DNA of 64,000 nt, from IMG/VR virus record IMGVR_UViG_3300028840_003545, one strand, 5' to 3'. The DNA comes from an uncultured virus (IMG/VR IMGVR_UViG_3300028840_003545). Its lineage: Duplodnaviria; Heunggongvirae; Uroviricota; Caudoviricetes. The translations under genes were made by a program, and so were the position numbers. This document shows, piece by piece, positions 7,601 through 18,101 of this stretch; position 1 is the stretch's first letter, and each line of letters begins with the position of its first letter. The notes under the pieces are model-generated. The model saw only the letters and a list, made by a program, of their open reading frames with translations, was not told where the DNA came from and searched no databases.

Positions 7601-10600
7601 ATGCAATTTTTTGCTGGCAGTGATACTGCATTAGGAATTGAACAAGCATTACAGAAAGTATACAGACAAGTTAAACATTTAATATCAACAGGTACTGTAC
7701 CACCTACTAGAGTAATAGATTCTGGAAATGGATTGATAGGTGGAGGAGATCTTTCTGCAGATAGAACATTAGACGTTGTAGGTAATGCTGACGGCTCTAT
7801 TCAGGTTAATGCTTCAGATGTTCAAGTAGGTATATTAGCTACTGATACACAGCATGGTAATAGAGGAGGAGGGCCGCTTCATATTGATGCTACTTCTATT
7901 TTAGCTGGATTTATGTCTGCTGCTGACAAGTCTAAATTAGATATACTAGGAAGCATCGAAAGAGTTTTAGTAGTTGGTTTAAGTGGACAGATAGACGATA
8001 CATCAGTTGCAAGCGCGATAGATACTGCAATATTAGGTGGCGCTAGTGCTAGCTCTCCTTGGCTTATTTCAGTTAAACCAGGAACATACATAGAACCACC
8101 TATGAATATTCCTCCTGGTATTGCATTAATATCAGAAGTAAATAGGGTTGATACTGTATTTATTGAAGCATCTAATCCAAATGAAGATCTTTTTACATGT
8201 ACCGGCGGTTTTATATGTGGTATTGTTACACAGGGCGTAACAGATCCAACGAAAGCTTTATTTAGAATTGCTACACCCAATGCTATAGTCGTAATGCACG
8301 GTCTTGGTTGGCGTAATTGTAAAAATGGAATTATAGTTGAAAATGGGGCAGCGTGTACTATTACAAACTCTGGTGTTAGTATTAGTGGAGCAAATCAAGG
8401 TGTTGAAACTGCTATCATATGCAGGGATGCTGGATCATTTCTAGGAGTAAGTGGATTTTTTATTAATGTACCATCTGCCGTTTTACCTTTATATCCTGGT
8501 GTTAATCCTATCCAAACATGTATTTCAGTATCTGGAGCAGCAACTTCTAATATTGATACAGTTATTTGGAAAGTTGCATACAATGTTGCTAACAATGATG
8601 GATTAATTGCTGACAATGGAGCGTTTGTTACTTTATTTGGCGCCAGTTTAGAAGATTTTTACTATGCTACAAGAATTGGATCTACAGGAAGTAATACCAA
8701 TATTATAGTACAAGGTGGAGCATTTCGAAATAATGATGTAAATTTTAGATCTGATAGTTCCACCGGGGTATTTCAGATTTCTGTTGGAGTTGATGATGTT
8801 AAATTTAGCTCCGTAGCTGGTGGAAAATTGAATGGATTTGCTCAGTCAACTACTAGTGGAGAAACTTTAGTTGTTGGTGACAGTGAATACATATATAGCA
8901 GTGAAAAGAAACTTAATTTAGGATTTTATTTTCATGATGATGGTGCCACAGGTCAAACAGAAGGTGGTGTAGTTACTGACGCCGGAGGTTTATCTGTAGA
9001 TGTTACAGCTGGAAATGGATATTCTTCTAGAGAAGCACCAATCGAAGATATTGAATCTGTAAATTGGTCTTCTGTTAGCGGTTTATCACTAACTGATAAT
9101 TCTACGAATTATATTTATTACGACAATGTTTCTGAAGCAATTGTAGCTGGTGTTGCACCTTATGGATCCGAACAAATTGGTCTTGCTTTAGTTGTAACAT
9201 TATCTGGTTCCATTATTTACATTCATGACGTCAGGAAAGATATTCATCAAGCAGAAACATTATTATGGGATTATTTATTAGATACTAGAAAAATTGCTTG
9301 GCAGAGTGGGTTAGCGGTTTCTCAAGGTACAACAAATACTGAATTAGATGTAGATGCTGGTTCTTGGTATAGAGCATGGAAGTTACTTTCAGTAGCTGGT
9401 GGTTCAGATATAACCTGGGCATATTATTATGGCTCTGGAGGAGGTCTTACTCGGGTACATCCTGTTACAGATGTGGATGTTTTACAATATGACAACGCAG
9501 GTGTTTTAACCACAATTCCGTTAAATGAATATAAAGCAGATACACTTATTGTTACATCTGATAATCAATTCACAATTATATATGGAACTTCTACATTTGC
9601 TACACAAGCTGGGGCTGAAGATACTGCTAATAAAGCAGCAATACCGTCTATCATTAGTCCGACAGGATGTTACGCTGCTCTTATTATATCACAGAGAACT
9701 GGGGCTGGGGTTGGTAGTGTTGTAAGTTATATTGATATTCGTCCAGATCCTAATGCCGCAACCTCAGGAGGAGGCGGAGGAGGGGGAACCAACGATCATA
9801 GTGCGCTATTAAATTTAGCAAATGACGATCATTTACAGTATCTACGTACTGATGGCGCTCGCGCTATGACTGGTGGCTTAGATGTTGGCGGTAATAATAT
9901 AGGTAATGTAGGTTTAGTAGATGGTGTTGACGTATCTGGACATGCGAGTAGACATTCTCCAGGAGGATTAGACGCTTTAGCATTAGCCAATCCAGTATCC
10001 ATATCAGTAGGCGCTTCACCTTCAGGTGGAAGCGCTAATAGTTATTCTAGATCAGACCATCAACATGGTATAGCAGCGGGCAATCCTATAGATGTGGGAG
10101 CGTCAAATCAGCCAGGTAGCGCGTCTAGTGTAGCTCGTTCAGATCATCAACACAGTCATGGTAATTTACTTGGAGGATTGTTACATGCTGTAGCAACTAC
10201 CATATCAAATGGTTTTATGTCTGCCGCAGATAAGACAAAACTTGATGGTTTAAGTGGTACTGCAGGGTATGCTGAAATATATCTTAATTCTCCAACAACT
10301 CAATTAGGCATAACTGCTACACCAGCAACTTTAACGTTGTTTGACACTGATGGAATTAATTCAAATGCTACACCTGATCAAGCTAATAATAGAATAACTA
10401 TAGTGGAAGATGGAGATTACGATATAGATTTTTCTATAAGTTTCAGTGGTGGTAACAATATTACGTACACATTGGTAATAGCCGTAAATGGTGTGGCTCA
10501 AAATAATGGTAAATTACAACGTAAGTTAGGTACTGGTGGAGATGTTGGTTCAGGAAGTTTTAGTTGTCTATTGTCTTTAACTGCAGGTCAACATCTCACT

Positions 10601-10672
10601 GTATTAATTTCATCTACAACTAATACTATCGCAAATGGTGCTACTGTCAACTTGAATATTTCTAAGTTGTAA
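7601..10672 (+). CDS. Large virion fibre/spike-like protein
   Basis: Gly/Ser/Thr-rich beta protein; two GFMSAADK[ST]KLD fibre motifs, beta-helix-like middle, His-rich SRSDHQHG repeats, C1q/TNF-like C-terminus (NNRITIVEDGDYDIDFSISF). Confidence 0.7.
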   Translation: MQFFAGSDTALGIEQALQKVYRQVKHLISTGTVPPTRVIDSGNGLIGGGDLSADRTLDVVGNADGSIQVNASDVQVGILATDTQHGNRGGGPLHIDATSILAGFMSAADKSKLDILGSIERVLVVGLSGQIDDTSVASAIDTAILGGASASSPWLISVKPGTYIEPPMNIPPGIALISEVNRVDTVFIEASNPNEDLFTCTGGFICGIVTQGVTDPTKALFRIATPNAIVVMHGLGWRNCKNGIIVENGAACTITNSGVSISGANQGVETAIICRDAGSFLGVSGFFINVPSAVLPLYPGVNPIQTCISVSGAATSNIDTVIWKVAYNVANNDGLIADNGAFVTLFGASLEDFYYATRIGSTGSNTNIIVQGGAFRNNDVNFRSDSSTGVFQISVGVDDVKFSSVAGGKLNGFAQSTTSGETLVVGDSEYIYSSEKKLNLGFYFHDDGATGQTEGGVVTDAGGLSVDVTAGNGYSSREAPIEDIESVNWSSVSGLSLTDNSTNYIYYDNVSEAIVAGVAPYGSEQIGLALVVTLSGSIIYIHDVRKDIHQAETLLWDYLLDTRKIAWQSGLAVSQGTTNTELDVDAGSWYRAWKLLSVAGGSDITWAYYYGSGGGLTRVHPVTDVDVLQYDNAGVLTTIPLNEYKADTLIVTSDNQFTIIYGTSTFATQAGAEDTANKAAIPSIISPTGCYAALIISQRTGAGVGSVVSYIDIRPDPNAATSGGGGGGGTNDHSALLNLANDDHLQYLRTDGARAMTGGLDVGGNNIGNVGLVDGVDVSGHASRHSPGGLDALALANPVSISVGASPSGGSANSYSRSDHQHGIAAGNPIDVGASNQPGSASSVARSDHQHSHGNLLGGLLHAVATTISNGFMSAADKTKLDGLSGTAGYAEIYLNSPTTQLGITATPATLTLFDTDGINSNATPDQANNRITIVEDGDYDIDFSISFSGGNNITYTLVIAVNGVAQNNGKLQRKLGTGGDVGSGSFSCLLSLTAGQHLTVLISSTTNTIANGATVNLNISKL

Positions 10673-10691
10673 TGGGTAATTAAAATGGAAA

Positions 10692-13289
10692 TTATCCCCT
10701 AACTCTTTTCCATTCGTCTCTAAGCTGTCTAGTTTTTCTATCTTTTGACTGAGAGACGATGAAGTTTATTCTCTTTTTTATTATTTCTTCCATCATTTGA
10801 TTTATTATAAGTATAAAGCTTCTTATATCTACTCCCCCAATATTTCCGTTAGCATTTACAAATACAACTCTATCTCCATTGCTTTGTATTATAACTCCAG
10901 GTAAAATTTCCATACTATCACTTGATCCATATCTTATATCCCACCAATTATCGAATAGATTTTGTAAAAATTCTCCCATGTTAGCTTTATCACTGTAAAC
11001 TATTGTATTGTCTGCAGTAATTTCTAATCTACAATCAAGTCCAGCCCAACCATCTTTGGGCGTATGTTCCCACATATATTTAAATTGTATTTGATCAGGA
11101 TTACCAAATGTTTTCACAACTTTTGGTCTACCTCTACCACTTTTGGCTATTGCAAATAATCCTGTTTCTTGGGTAGCAGAAATACCGATACTTGTTTTAC
11201 GTTCTTTTCTAGTAGATTCTGTCACTATAGCTTTTGCTACCTTTTTAACTTCTTTGAATCCTGCGCATTTTGCAATATTGTATGTAAGTGCTACAGGAAA
11301 TTCTAAATCATAGTCGCTTAGACCTGTTGCCATATGTGTGCATTCATGAATTGCAGCGGCGTACATAAGCCTTAAATGCTCTTCATTACCTGGCTTCATA
11401 ACTTCGCCAGTATCTATCCAGGTTTTTTTGTCTTTTGTTTTTGGTGACAATACAATAGGATTAAGTAGTATCCATTCTTCTCCATTTTCCATTACATACA
11501 TAGCTTGGAAGTCATTAGTAAATACGAAACCAACATTAAATTCTCTATATATATCAAGTTGAGACAATGTCCATCTAACAAATTCTGTCCAGTATTTAGC
11601 TAATCTAATAACACCTGGTGTCATTGTTTCCGGATAGAATTTTCTAGGTGGCTGTTGTCCTTCCTTTTCATTTTTAACTGCAAAATTAGGTTTCCAAACT
11701 AGATTTTTTATTGCATTATTAAGTTGATCTGGTCCTCTAAACTTCGTTCCTTTAATCATAGCTACAGCGGTTTCAGATCCAATTGTCGCTATAGATGTTT
11801 CAGTATCTGCTTTAACATTTGAAGAGAATTCCTTTATAAAGCTACCTATTTGTTCTATAGACATTTCTGGAATAGCTACGGTCTTTTTACCGCTAGGATC
11901 TGTTACTACTCTCACATTTCCAGTAGATAGTGTTATTTCTGCCGCTTGCACTTCTGATTCACGGCGTTTACGTTCTTGTGCTGCAAAGCCACCTTCTCCG
12001 TAGTATTTCTTGAAGAATAGCTTTTTCTTTTCTTTAAGTAATCTACCTTGTTTTCTATTTATTTCTTGTATAAAGTCGTAAACTTCATTACTTAATCTTG
12101 CATTTCTCCAGCCATCTCTATTTTCAGTTAAAACAAATTTAGATGGTACTTCTAATTCCACAAATACGACATACTTTTTTGAGAATTCATAGTTAATTGG
12201 TAATCCGAACATAAACACGCCGCGATCTCTTACTAAGAGTTCTTGAGTAGATACTTGATTTTTAGGCTGTTTTCTAATATATGCTGTAGCTAATAGCGTA
12301 TCTGGTATTTTTTCAGTTTTTACACTTCCATCTGGTTTAACTGTAAATGTTTGATAAGTACCTCTTATTTCAAAGCTAGCCGGCTTTTCTTCATCTCCTA
12401 TAGAAAATGCAGTTGCTCTACCAGTACCTAAGTTAGCTTTAATAGTTCTAGTTTCTATTGCGTCTGTTTCGTATTTACCAGTAACTTTGTATGTTACGCC
12501 TGGCGTATTGCATAACTTCAAAAACGCTAACAGATAAGATATATCAGTATGTTCGGCAGCTGGCATTGAAACTTCAAGTCTTGTACCGTTCAATCTTTTG
12601 TTGCCAGTGGTAATGTCTGCGAACTTTTCACCAGTTCTAGTAGCCCTATCACTGTAAGCAATATTGTCTCTTGTATGTACTCTAAAATATATCCAAGGTA
12701 AAAGTAGAATTTCTTTTGCTTTACCAAATCCTCCTACATTTTCTCCACTTTCAGTTTTACCTCCTGTACCTCCCAATGCTAAGAAGGCATCTGTTAAAGT
12801 TTGCAGATCCATTCCTTTACCATTATCTTCACACCATATTAGCCAGGTTCCGTCTTCTTGTTCGACAGCGCCACATTCAATATTATTTGCTTTAGCATCT
12901 TTTGCGTTTTGTATAGCTTCTCTCCACCATATCTTTTGCCATCCAGCAGCATACGTTCTAAGTGCTTGATCTCCACTTATAACTTGTTTTGATACCTTAA
13001 ATGGGATAGATATTTTTTGTGGATCCGGATTTGATTTGTATATCTTACCATTCAATTTTCTTTTTTTAACTCTTACTATAGGTTGTTGTATAATTGCATC
13101 TATATAATTAGTTTGAATGTGCTCAACTAATTCACTATTTATCATTGCCATTAATATTGGATAAGCTTCAGTGTCTGAGTATGTTGTGTATATGCCTGGA
13201 CTGGCTAATAAATCAGTAGGATTAAATACGTCTTTTAAAAATCCAGCTTTTACGGATGGAATTGCTATTTTGTTAACTTTTGATGACAT
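10692..13289 (-). CDS. GHKL (HATPase_c) ATPase with downstream HExxH motif
   Basis: REAIQNAKDA (N box), EDNGKGM (G1), GGFGKAK (G2), GTRLEV; AAIHECTH. Confidence 0.8.
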   Translation of the reverse strand: MSSKVNKIAIPSVKAGFLKDVFNPTDLLASPGIYTTYSDTEAYPILMAMINSELVEHIQTNYIDAIIQQPIVRVKKRKLNGKIYKSNPDPQKISIPFKVSKQVISGDQALRTYAAGWQKIWWREAIQNAKDAKANNIECGAVEQEDGTWLIWCEDNGKGMDLQTLTDAFLALGGTGGKTESGENVGGFGKAKEILLLPWIYFRVHTRDNIAYSDRATRTGEKFADITTGNKRLNGTRLEVSMPAAEHTDISYLLAFLKLCNTPGVTYKVTGKYETDAIETRTIKANLGTGRATAFSIGDEEKPASFEIRGTYQTFTVKPDGSVKTEKIPDTLLATAYIRKQPKNQVSTQELLVRDRGVFMFGLPINYEFSKKYVVFVELEVPSKFVLTENRDGWRNARLSNEVYDFIQEINRKQGRLLKEKKKLFFKKYYGEGGFAAQERKRRESEVQAAEITLSTGNVRVVTDPSGKKTVAIPEMSIEQIGSFIKEFSSNVKADTETSIATIGSETAVAMIKGTKFRGPDQLNNAIKNLVWKPNFAVKNEKEGQQPPRKFYPETMTPGVIRLAKYWTEFVRWTLSQLDIYREFNVGFVFTNDFQAMYVMENGEEWILLNPIVLSPKTKDKKTWIDTGEVMKPGNEEHLRLMYAAAIHECTHMATGLSDYDLEFPVALTYNIAKCAGFKEVKKVAKAIVTESTRKERKTSIGISATQETGLFAIAKSGRGRPKVVKTFGNPDQIQFKYMWEHTPKDGWAGLDCRLEITADNTIVYSDKANMGEFLQNLFDNWWDIRYGSSDSMEILPGVIIQSNGDRVVFVNANGNIGGVDIRSFILIINQMMEEIIKKRINFIVSQSKDRKTRQLRDEWKRVRG

Positions 13290-13321
13290 AACTATCCCTT
13301 GATTTGAATTCGGATTAAAAT

Positions 13322-13747
13322 TTATCGGAGAGTGTAGACGGTGGGATCATCTACTGTAGAACCAGCTAATCCCATTTCTTGAGTTTTTGCCAATATAAAC
13401 GGTAGTATTTCTCTAACTATCGTCCAAGCGGCATTGAATTCTTTAAATATGGCAGGATAATTAGGAGACTCACATTCTTCTTTTGCTTTGCGAATTGCAA
13501 TGTTTGCTTTTTGAAGTGCTGTGTGAGCTTCTACAATTGCCCTTTGAATTTTGATTCTGTGTTCTGTACTAATATTATCACCGACAGCATTTACAATACT
13601 TTCAGCTTTCGCTAACGCTTGTGCAGCTTCATCGGTTAAATTCTGACTTTGAACAAATAATGGGATTGCATCACGGCATGTACAACTACTAACTAACAAT
13701 GGAAGTGTGGCTATTGTCAAAAAACAGGCTAATATTCTACTGTACAT
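13322..13747 (-). CDS. Putative lipoprotein, helical
   Basis: Hydrophobic N-terminus ending in LVSSC lipobox-like motif. Confidence 0.55.
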   Translation of the reverse strand: MYSRILACFLTIATLPLLVSSCTCRDAIPLFVQSQNLTDEAAQALAKAESIVNAVGDNISTEHRIKIQRAIVEAHTALQKANIAIRKAKEECESPNYPAIFKEFNAAWTIVREILPFILAKTQEMGLAGSTVDDPTVYTLR

Positions 13748-13757
13748 TTTTATTTTC

Positions 13758-14132
13758 CTAGTATTGAGTTACTTGACCTATCTTATACTTACTATCGTTT
13801 CTTTCAACCCAATCACCCCAAGTAGTTAGTAACCATGTACCTGTTTCGGTTTTATAAAGAAGCGTTGGAGAGTACGTGTCTCCTGTATTTATATAAAATG
13901 CAACGATATCTCTAAAGTAGTAATCTATTATAGTATCACCTCTGATAGTTTCTACTCCAAAACCATCTACAATTTTATCTATTTTTTGTAAAGTTTTTTC
14001 AGCTTCTTTACTACCATGTGATTTTTGCAGAAGCTGTCTTATCTTTTCAGCGTCCGCATCTGGATCTTTAGAAGAATGATCTAGATTAAACCATTCCTTT
14101 ATACGTTTTACGCTAGGTATTCGTTGTGCCAT
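13758..14132 (-). CDS. Hypothetical phage protein
   Basis: ORF 124 aa, YINTGDTYSPTLLY motif. Confidence 0.65.
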   Translation of the reverse strand: MAQRIPSVKRIKEWFNLDHSSKDPDADAEKIRQLLQKSHGSKEAEKTLQKIDKIVDGFGVETIRGDTIIDYYFRDIVAFYINTGDTYSPTLLYKTETGTWLLTTWGDWVERNDSKYKIGQVTQY

Positions 14133-14140
14133 ATTGGCAC

Positions 14141-14473
14141 CTATTTCTTCAATTGATCCAAACGTCCAGATTCGGTTGCAAGCCCTTCTTTAATTCTTGC
14201 AGGAGTCTTCTTATAGGCCTTAGTAAAGTAGACTACCCACTTTTCCTTACCTTTGGCGTAGCTACTCTTTTCGGTTTTATTGCCAACTTTAACTTCTACT
14301 ACTGGCTTTTTAGTACCACCACTTACGTAGGTTACTGTAGCATTAGGCCCCTTAGATGTAACCTTAAATGAAGTGGAAGGTGAAAATACAACCAATCCTT
14401 TAAATCTGATAATGTATCCATTACCACTTTTAGTTTTTACAATTCTACGTGTTCGGTCAGCTACAGATGCCAT
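14141..14473 (-). CDS. Basic hypothetical protein
   Basis: Start set at MASVAD behind AAGGA. Confidence 0.55.
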   Translation of the reverse strand: MASVADRTRRIVKTKSGNGYIIRFKGLVVFSPSTSFKVTSKGPNATVTYVSGGTKKPVVEVKVGNKTEKSSYAKGKEKWVVYFTKAYKKTPARIKEGLATESGRLDQLKK

Positions 14474-14581
14474 GGTTTCTCGTCCTTTCCTTGACGGGCG
14501 AAATGTGGCTCGGTTCGTGGTACACTCCACTAGAGCCTAAAGGCCAGCGTACCACACTCACCCAGGTAGGAGCGAATAAAT

Positions 14582-14977
14582 ATGTCAGCTACGAAAACAT
14601 CTAGTACAAAAACTAAGCGCGCGTCTATTTTAAGTATAACAAGCGCTACAAAAGGATGGAATGCAGTTTTTTTTGATAATGATGCTCCAGAGATTTGGTT
14701 TGAATCTGTAGCTTGTTTTGCATTGTGCAAAAGAGGAACAGAAACATTTGTGGGGGCTGTAGTTTCTCAAGATAATAAGGGATTAGTTATAGCTGAAGAA
14801 GCTGGTAACTTTTTAGGTATAGCCGCGCCAGGGGAAACGTCAGAAGATTGGGAAGAAGCTGTAGCTGCTATGGCAGCAGAAAATGAAGATAACGACGACG
14901 ATGAAGATGATGATGTTCAGGTTGTAGAAGTTGGCAATGTGCCACGTAGGAAAAAGAGGATAGCAATTAGAGATTAA
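14582..14977 (+). CDS. Hypothetical protein with acidic tract
   Basis: AGGAG RBS; first gene of the + strand operon. Confidence 0.7.
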   Translation: MSATKTSSTKTKRASILSITSATKGWNAVFFDNDAPEIWFESVACFALCKRGTETFVGAVVSQDNKGLVIAEEAGNFLGIAAPGETSEDWEEAVAAMAAENEDNDDDEDDDVQVVEVGNVPRRKKRIAIRD

Positions 14978-15042
14978 TTTTAATTGTTTGTTAGTAAATT
15001 GTAGGGGGGGGGATTCAATTTGACTTTAAATGGAGTATCAAA

Positions 15043-15729
15043 ATGGCTGTTGATGTTGGTAATTGTAAAAATACTTTGACTGAAAATGATTTAAGATTTT
15101 TTGCTAGTTTTTTGGAAAAAGTAGCGTGGTTTGAATATTTAAGGGAGGAAGGTATAGATCTTACTCCATTTAGGAACATTATGCGCAAAAATATTAATAC
15201 TGAAGAGTTACCACAAGAAAATGAATTTTGGCATATGATACAAGAACTTGACGATAAACCAGGTTCTTGGGCTGAAAATTACGCTAATTCAGTTAAAATG
15301 TTCATATCTGATTATGGCCCACCTGGTTGGAATCCTAACACTTGTAAGATAGATTGGAAGGAATATGCTTGTTTTTGCAACGGTGGAGCAAAAATTCATT
15401 TTAAATTGAGAGATTCCGGTTTACATCCTGAAAAGAAGGATAAGATACTAGGCCAATATTTTAGTCAGTTTGATGGTAGCAAAGATGTAATGCCTTTTGA
15501 TTGCAGTCAAGAAACATTAGTAGATCCAATATATGATGAACTTAATAATGGTAAAACAGAAATGTCTGATGATTTATTAGGTATTAAAAAGATGAATAGA
15601 ACTACTAAATATATAACTGCAGGGTTACTAACTGCAGTTTTTATTGGAATTGTAGCTTGGAGTTTTTGGCCAAAAAAAAGTGATAAACAGATAGCTGAAG
15701 AACAATACAGACTAGCGAGAGGATATTGA
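15043..15729 (+). CDS. C-terminally membrane-anchored protein
   Basis: YITAGLLTAVFIGIVAWSFWPKK hydrophobic helix near the C-terminus. Confidence 0.7.
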   Translation: MAVDVGNCKNTLTENDLRFFASFLEKVAWFEYLREEGIDLTPFRNIMRKNINTEELPQENEFWHMIQELDDKPGSWAENYANSVKMFISDYGPPGWNPNTCKIDWKEYACFCNGGAKIHFKLRDSGLHPEKKDKILGQYFSQFDGSKDVMPFDCSQETLVDPIYDELNNGKTEMSDDLLGIKKMNRTTKYITAGLLTAVFIGIVAWSFWPKKSDKQIAEEQYRLARGY

Positions 15730-15730
15730 T

Positions 15731-16531
15731 ATGTCGCAATTATTCGGTTTAAAGTTTCAACCTAAGTTGATGAGTTTAAAACTTGGTAAAACTATCAAGG
15801 AAGTAGACTGTGATAAAATGGAAACGTGTGGAGCTTTAAGCTCTGCAAGCGTGCCAGTTAAATATTCTCTTTTAGCTCATGCTCAAAATATAAGATTTGA
15901 TCAAAAAGATCCGTCTTGTGTAGCAAATAGTTTAGCAATATCTATAGTTATAATTCATTCTATACTTTATCCAGGTAAACCAATATCATTACCATCTGTT
16001 TACGCTCTTTATTATTGGAGTAGACAGACACACAATTCTCAAAATTTCAATACAGGTACATTTATATTTGCATGTATTGAAGCTGCAAAGTTTCTTGGCA
16101 TACCACTAGATAAATCTTGGAATGATAGTCACACTCCATTTGATAAGCCTAGCTGGTCAGTATATACCGACGCAGATCCAAATAAACCTCTTTTAACCGA
16201 AAGAGTTTATGATTATGACGATAATCTTTTGAAAAGAATAAAAGAAACAATTTCTATAAAAGAAAGACCTATACAATTTGGTATGAATGTAGATAGCAGG
16301 TTTGCAGATTGGAAGTACAAGAAAGAGTCTGATGTATATGACTACGTTGGTCCAAGTTTAGGTGGACATGCAATGTCTATAGTTGGATATGATGACGAAA
16401 ATGATAATGTTGAAATTATCAATAGTCATGGTAGGAAATTTGGTCACAATGGTGTTTTAAGAATAGGATACAATACTGTTGTAAAACATTTCAGGGAACC
16501 GACTATAATCAAACATATACCAGTAATGTAG
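15731..16531 (+). CDS. Papain-like (C1) cysteine peptidase
   Basis: DQKDPSCVANS (Gln/Cys), GGHAMSIVGYD (His), INSHG (Asn). Confidence 0.85.
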   Translation: MSQLFGLKFQPKLMSLKLGKTIKEVDCDKMETCGALSSASVPVKYSLLAHAQNIRFDQKDPSCVANSLAISIVIIHSILYPGKPISLPSVYALYYWSRQTHNSQNFNTGTFIFACIEAAKFLGIPLDKSWNDSHTPFDKPSWSVYTDADPNKPLLTERVYDYDDNLLKRIKETISIKERPIQFGMNVDSRFADWKYKKESDVYDYVGPSLGGHAMSIVGYDDENDNVEIINSHGRKFGHNGVLRIGYNTVVKHFREPTIIKHIPVM

Positions 16532-16600
16532 GTGGCAATAATGCACGCAAGGTTAGCTAGTATATTGTACGATGTATCAAATCTTTACAGAAGGTAAATA

Positions 16601-17140
16601 ATGACTTATCTTCCTAAAATGTTGATTGAAGAAGTTGTCAGAGATTCAAGGTATGATCCTTTAGTAGTTGATTTTGACGGAGTAAAAAGGCAGGCTATAT
16701 TAAACTATATTTTAGGTAGAAGTATAGTAACTGAAGTAACAGATGGAAAATATAATGTAGCTATAGTTGTAGTAGATAATTGTAATTCTGTTGAGGTAAT
16801 AAAATCATTGGAATTACCAAATTATCCTGTTGCTTGTGGTAGATTTATGAATTGGTGGGAGAAAGATCATAAAAAATATTTCGATATAAGTAAAACCAAT
16901 TGGGAAGGAATGAAATACAGTGAACGAGCTTCTATTGAAGCAGCACTACAGTTAGAGTTATGGGTGAAAGATGAGTTTGCTAGAAATTTTGCAAGCATAT
17001 ATTATCCTGAAGTATATGATAAATGGTGGTGGGCAAATGTAAATAATCGTAGATTAACTTTAATAAAAGTTAACAAATATTGGTGGAAGTTTTTAAATAA
17101 TCTAGATGAATTTCCTGAATTAATAAAGGTGATAAAATGA
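16601..17140 (+). CDS. Hypothetical protein
   Basis: ORF 179 aa in operon. Confidence 0.65.
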   Translation: MTYLPKMLIEEVVRDSRYDPLVVDFDGVKRQAILNYILGRSIVTEVTDGKYNVAIVVVDNCNSVEVIKSLELPNYPVACGRFMNWWEKDHKKYFDISKTNWEGMKYSERASIEAALQLELWVKDEFARNFASIYYPEVYDKWWWANVNNRRLTLIKVNKYWWKFLNNLDEFPELIKVIK

Positions 17141-17799
17141 GCGAATCATTACCTGGATTTCCACCGTCATCTTGGGAAGATCAAATGCAGCGTCTAGATG
17201 GTATAAATACAGGTGACGATTATATACGAAAAACTTGCGCTCATATTGCAGTATCTTGTGTAGGCATGAAAAATATAGATCCAGTCTTTTACGATGCTCT
17301 TTATCCTTGGGACATAGAGGTGTATCGTAAAAGTATGGCTAAGGGGCAAGATAAATGTGCTTTATTTGCCCTTATGGTCTTACGTGGTTGTGGTTTTGCA
17401 TTACCAGAAGATGGTAAAGGTGTTTCTTGGCGTTTTGGTCATTGTCCACCTGGTAGAAGACCACCTTTAGATCCTATGTCTCAACTTAGGGTGATAAATG
17501 CCTGGAAGTCGGTAAATGAATTAGCAAAACCAGGTTGTATGAATATAGTAATGCGTCCTGGAGACGATGATAGTTGTCATGTATTTATTGTAAAAGAGGT
17601 CAATGGGGATAAGATTGTATCGGTAGACGGTGGCAATCAAGTAGCTGTTAGTGAAAAAACTAGAGATGTGGTCCAAATAGGTAAAGATCTTTGTGTGTAT
17701 GATAAATTCATGGGTAATAGGGTAATTCTTGGCGTAATTGATCCTGCTTTAATGCGTAGAACTGTTGTTCGTAATTATTATTTGCCAATTAGACAATGA
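17137..17799 (+). CDS. CHAP/NlpC-P60-like amidase candidate
   Basis: KCALFALMVLRGCG ... HVFIVKEVNGDKIVSVDGGN Cys/His pattern. Confidence 0.5.
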   Translation: MSESLPGFPPSSWEDQMQRLDGINTGDDYIRKTCAHIAVSCVGMKNIDPVFYDALYPWDIEVYRKSMAKGQDKCALFALMVLRGCGFALPEDGKGVSWRFGHCPPGRRPPLDPMSQLRVINAWKSVNELAKPGCMNIVMRPGDDDSCHVFIVKEVNGDKIVSVDGGNQVAVSEKTRDVVQIGKDLCVYDKFMGNRVILGVIDPALMRRTVVRNYYLPIRQ

Positions 17800-18101
17800 A
17801 TACAGGATACAAATCAGCAATTTTGCGCAATGGCAGATTATATTCACCGTCTGCGCCTGATTTTGAGATTAGTAAAGCTCGAATCGGAAGTGTTGTGCGA
17901 CTAGATAAGTTTTATTTAGGCACTACAGAAGAATTTGTAATTGATTTTTATTCTGGCTTATCTGATGAGCCTGAAGTTTTATTAACGTATGAGTATAAAG
18001 ATAGTGATGTAGTAAGCGGTGGACCACCGTCCCATCCGTATTCAGAGATTGTAGTTAAGCGAGCTAAATTATTAGCGATTGAGCCAATTGAAGAGGGATG
18101 A
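17796..18101 (+). CDS. Hypothetical protein
   Basis: ORF 101 aa, ATGA overlaps. Confidence 0.65.
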   Translation: MNTGYKSAILRNGRLYSPSAPDFEISKARIGSVVRLDKFYLGTTEEFVIDFYSGLSDEPEVLLTYEYKDSDVVSGGPPSHPYSEIVVKRAKLLAIEPIEEG

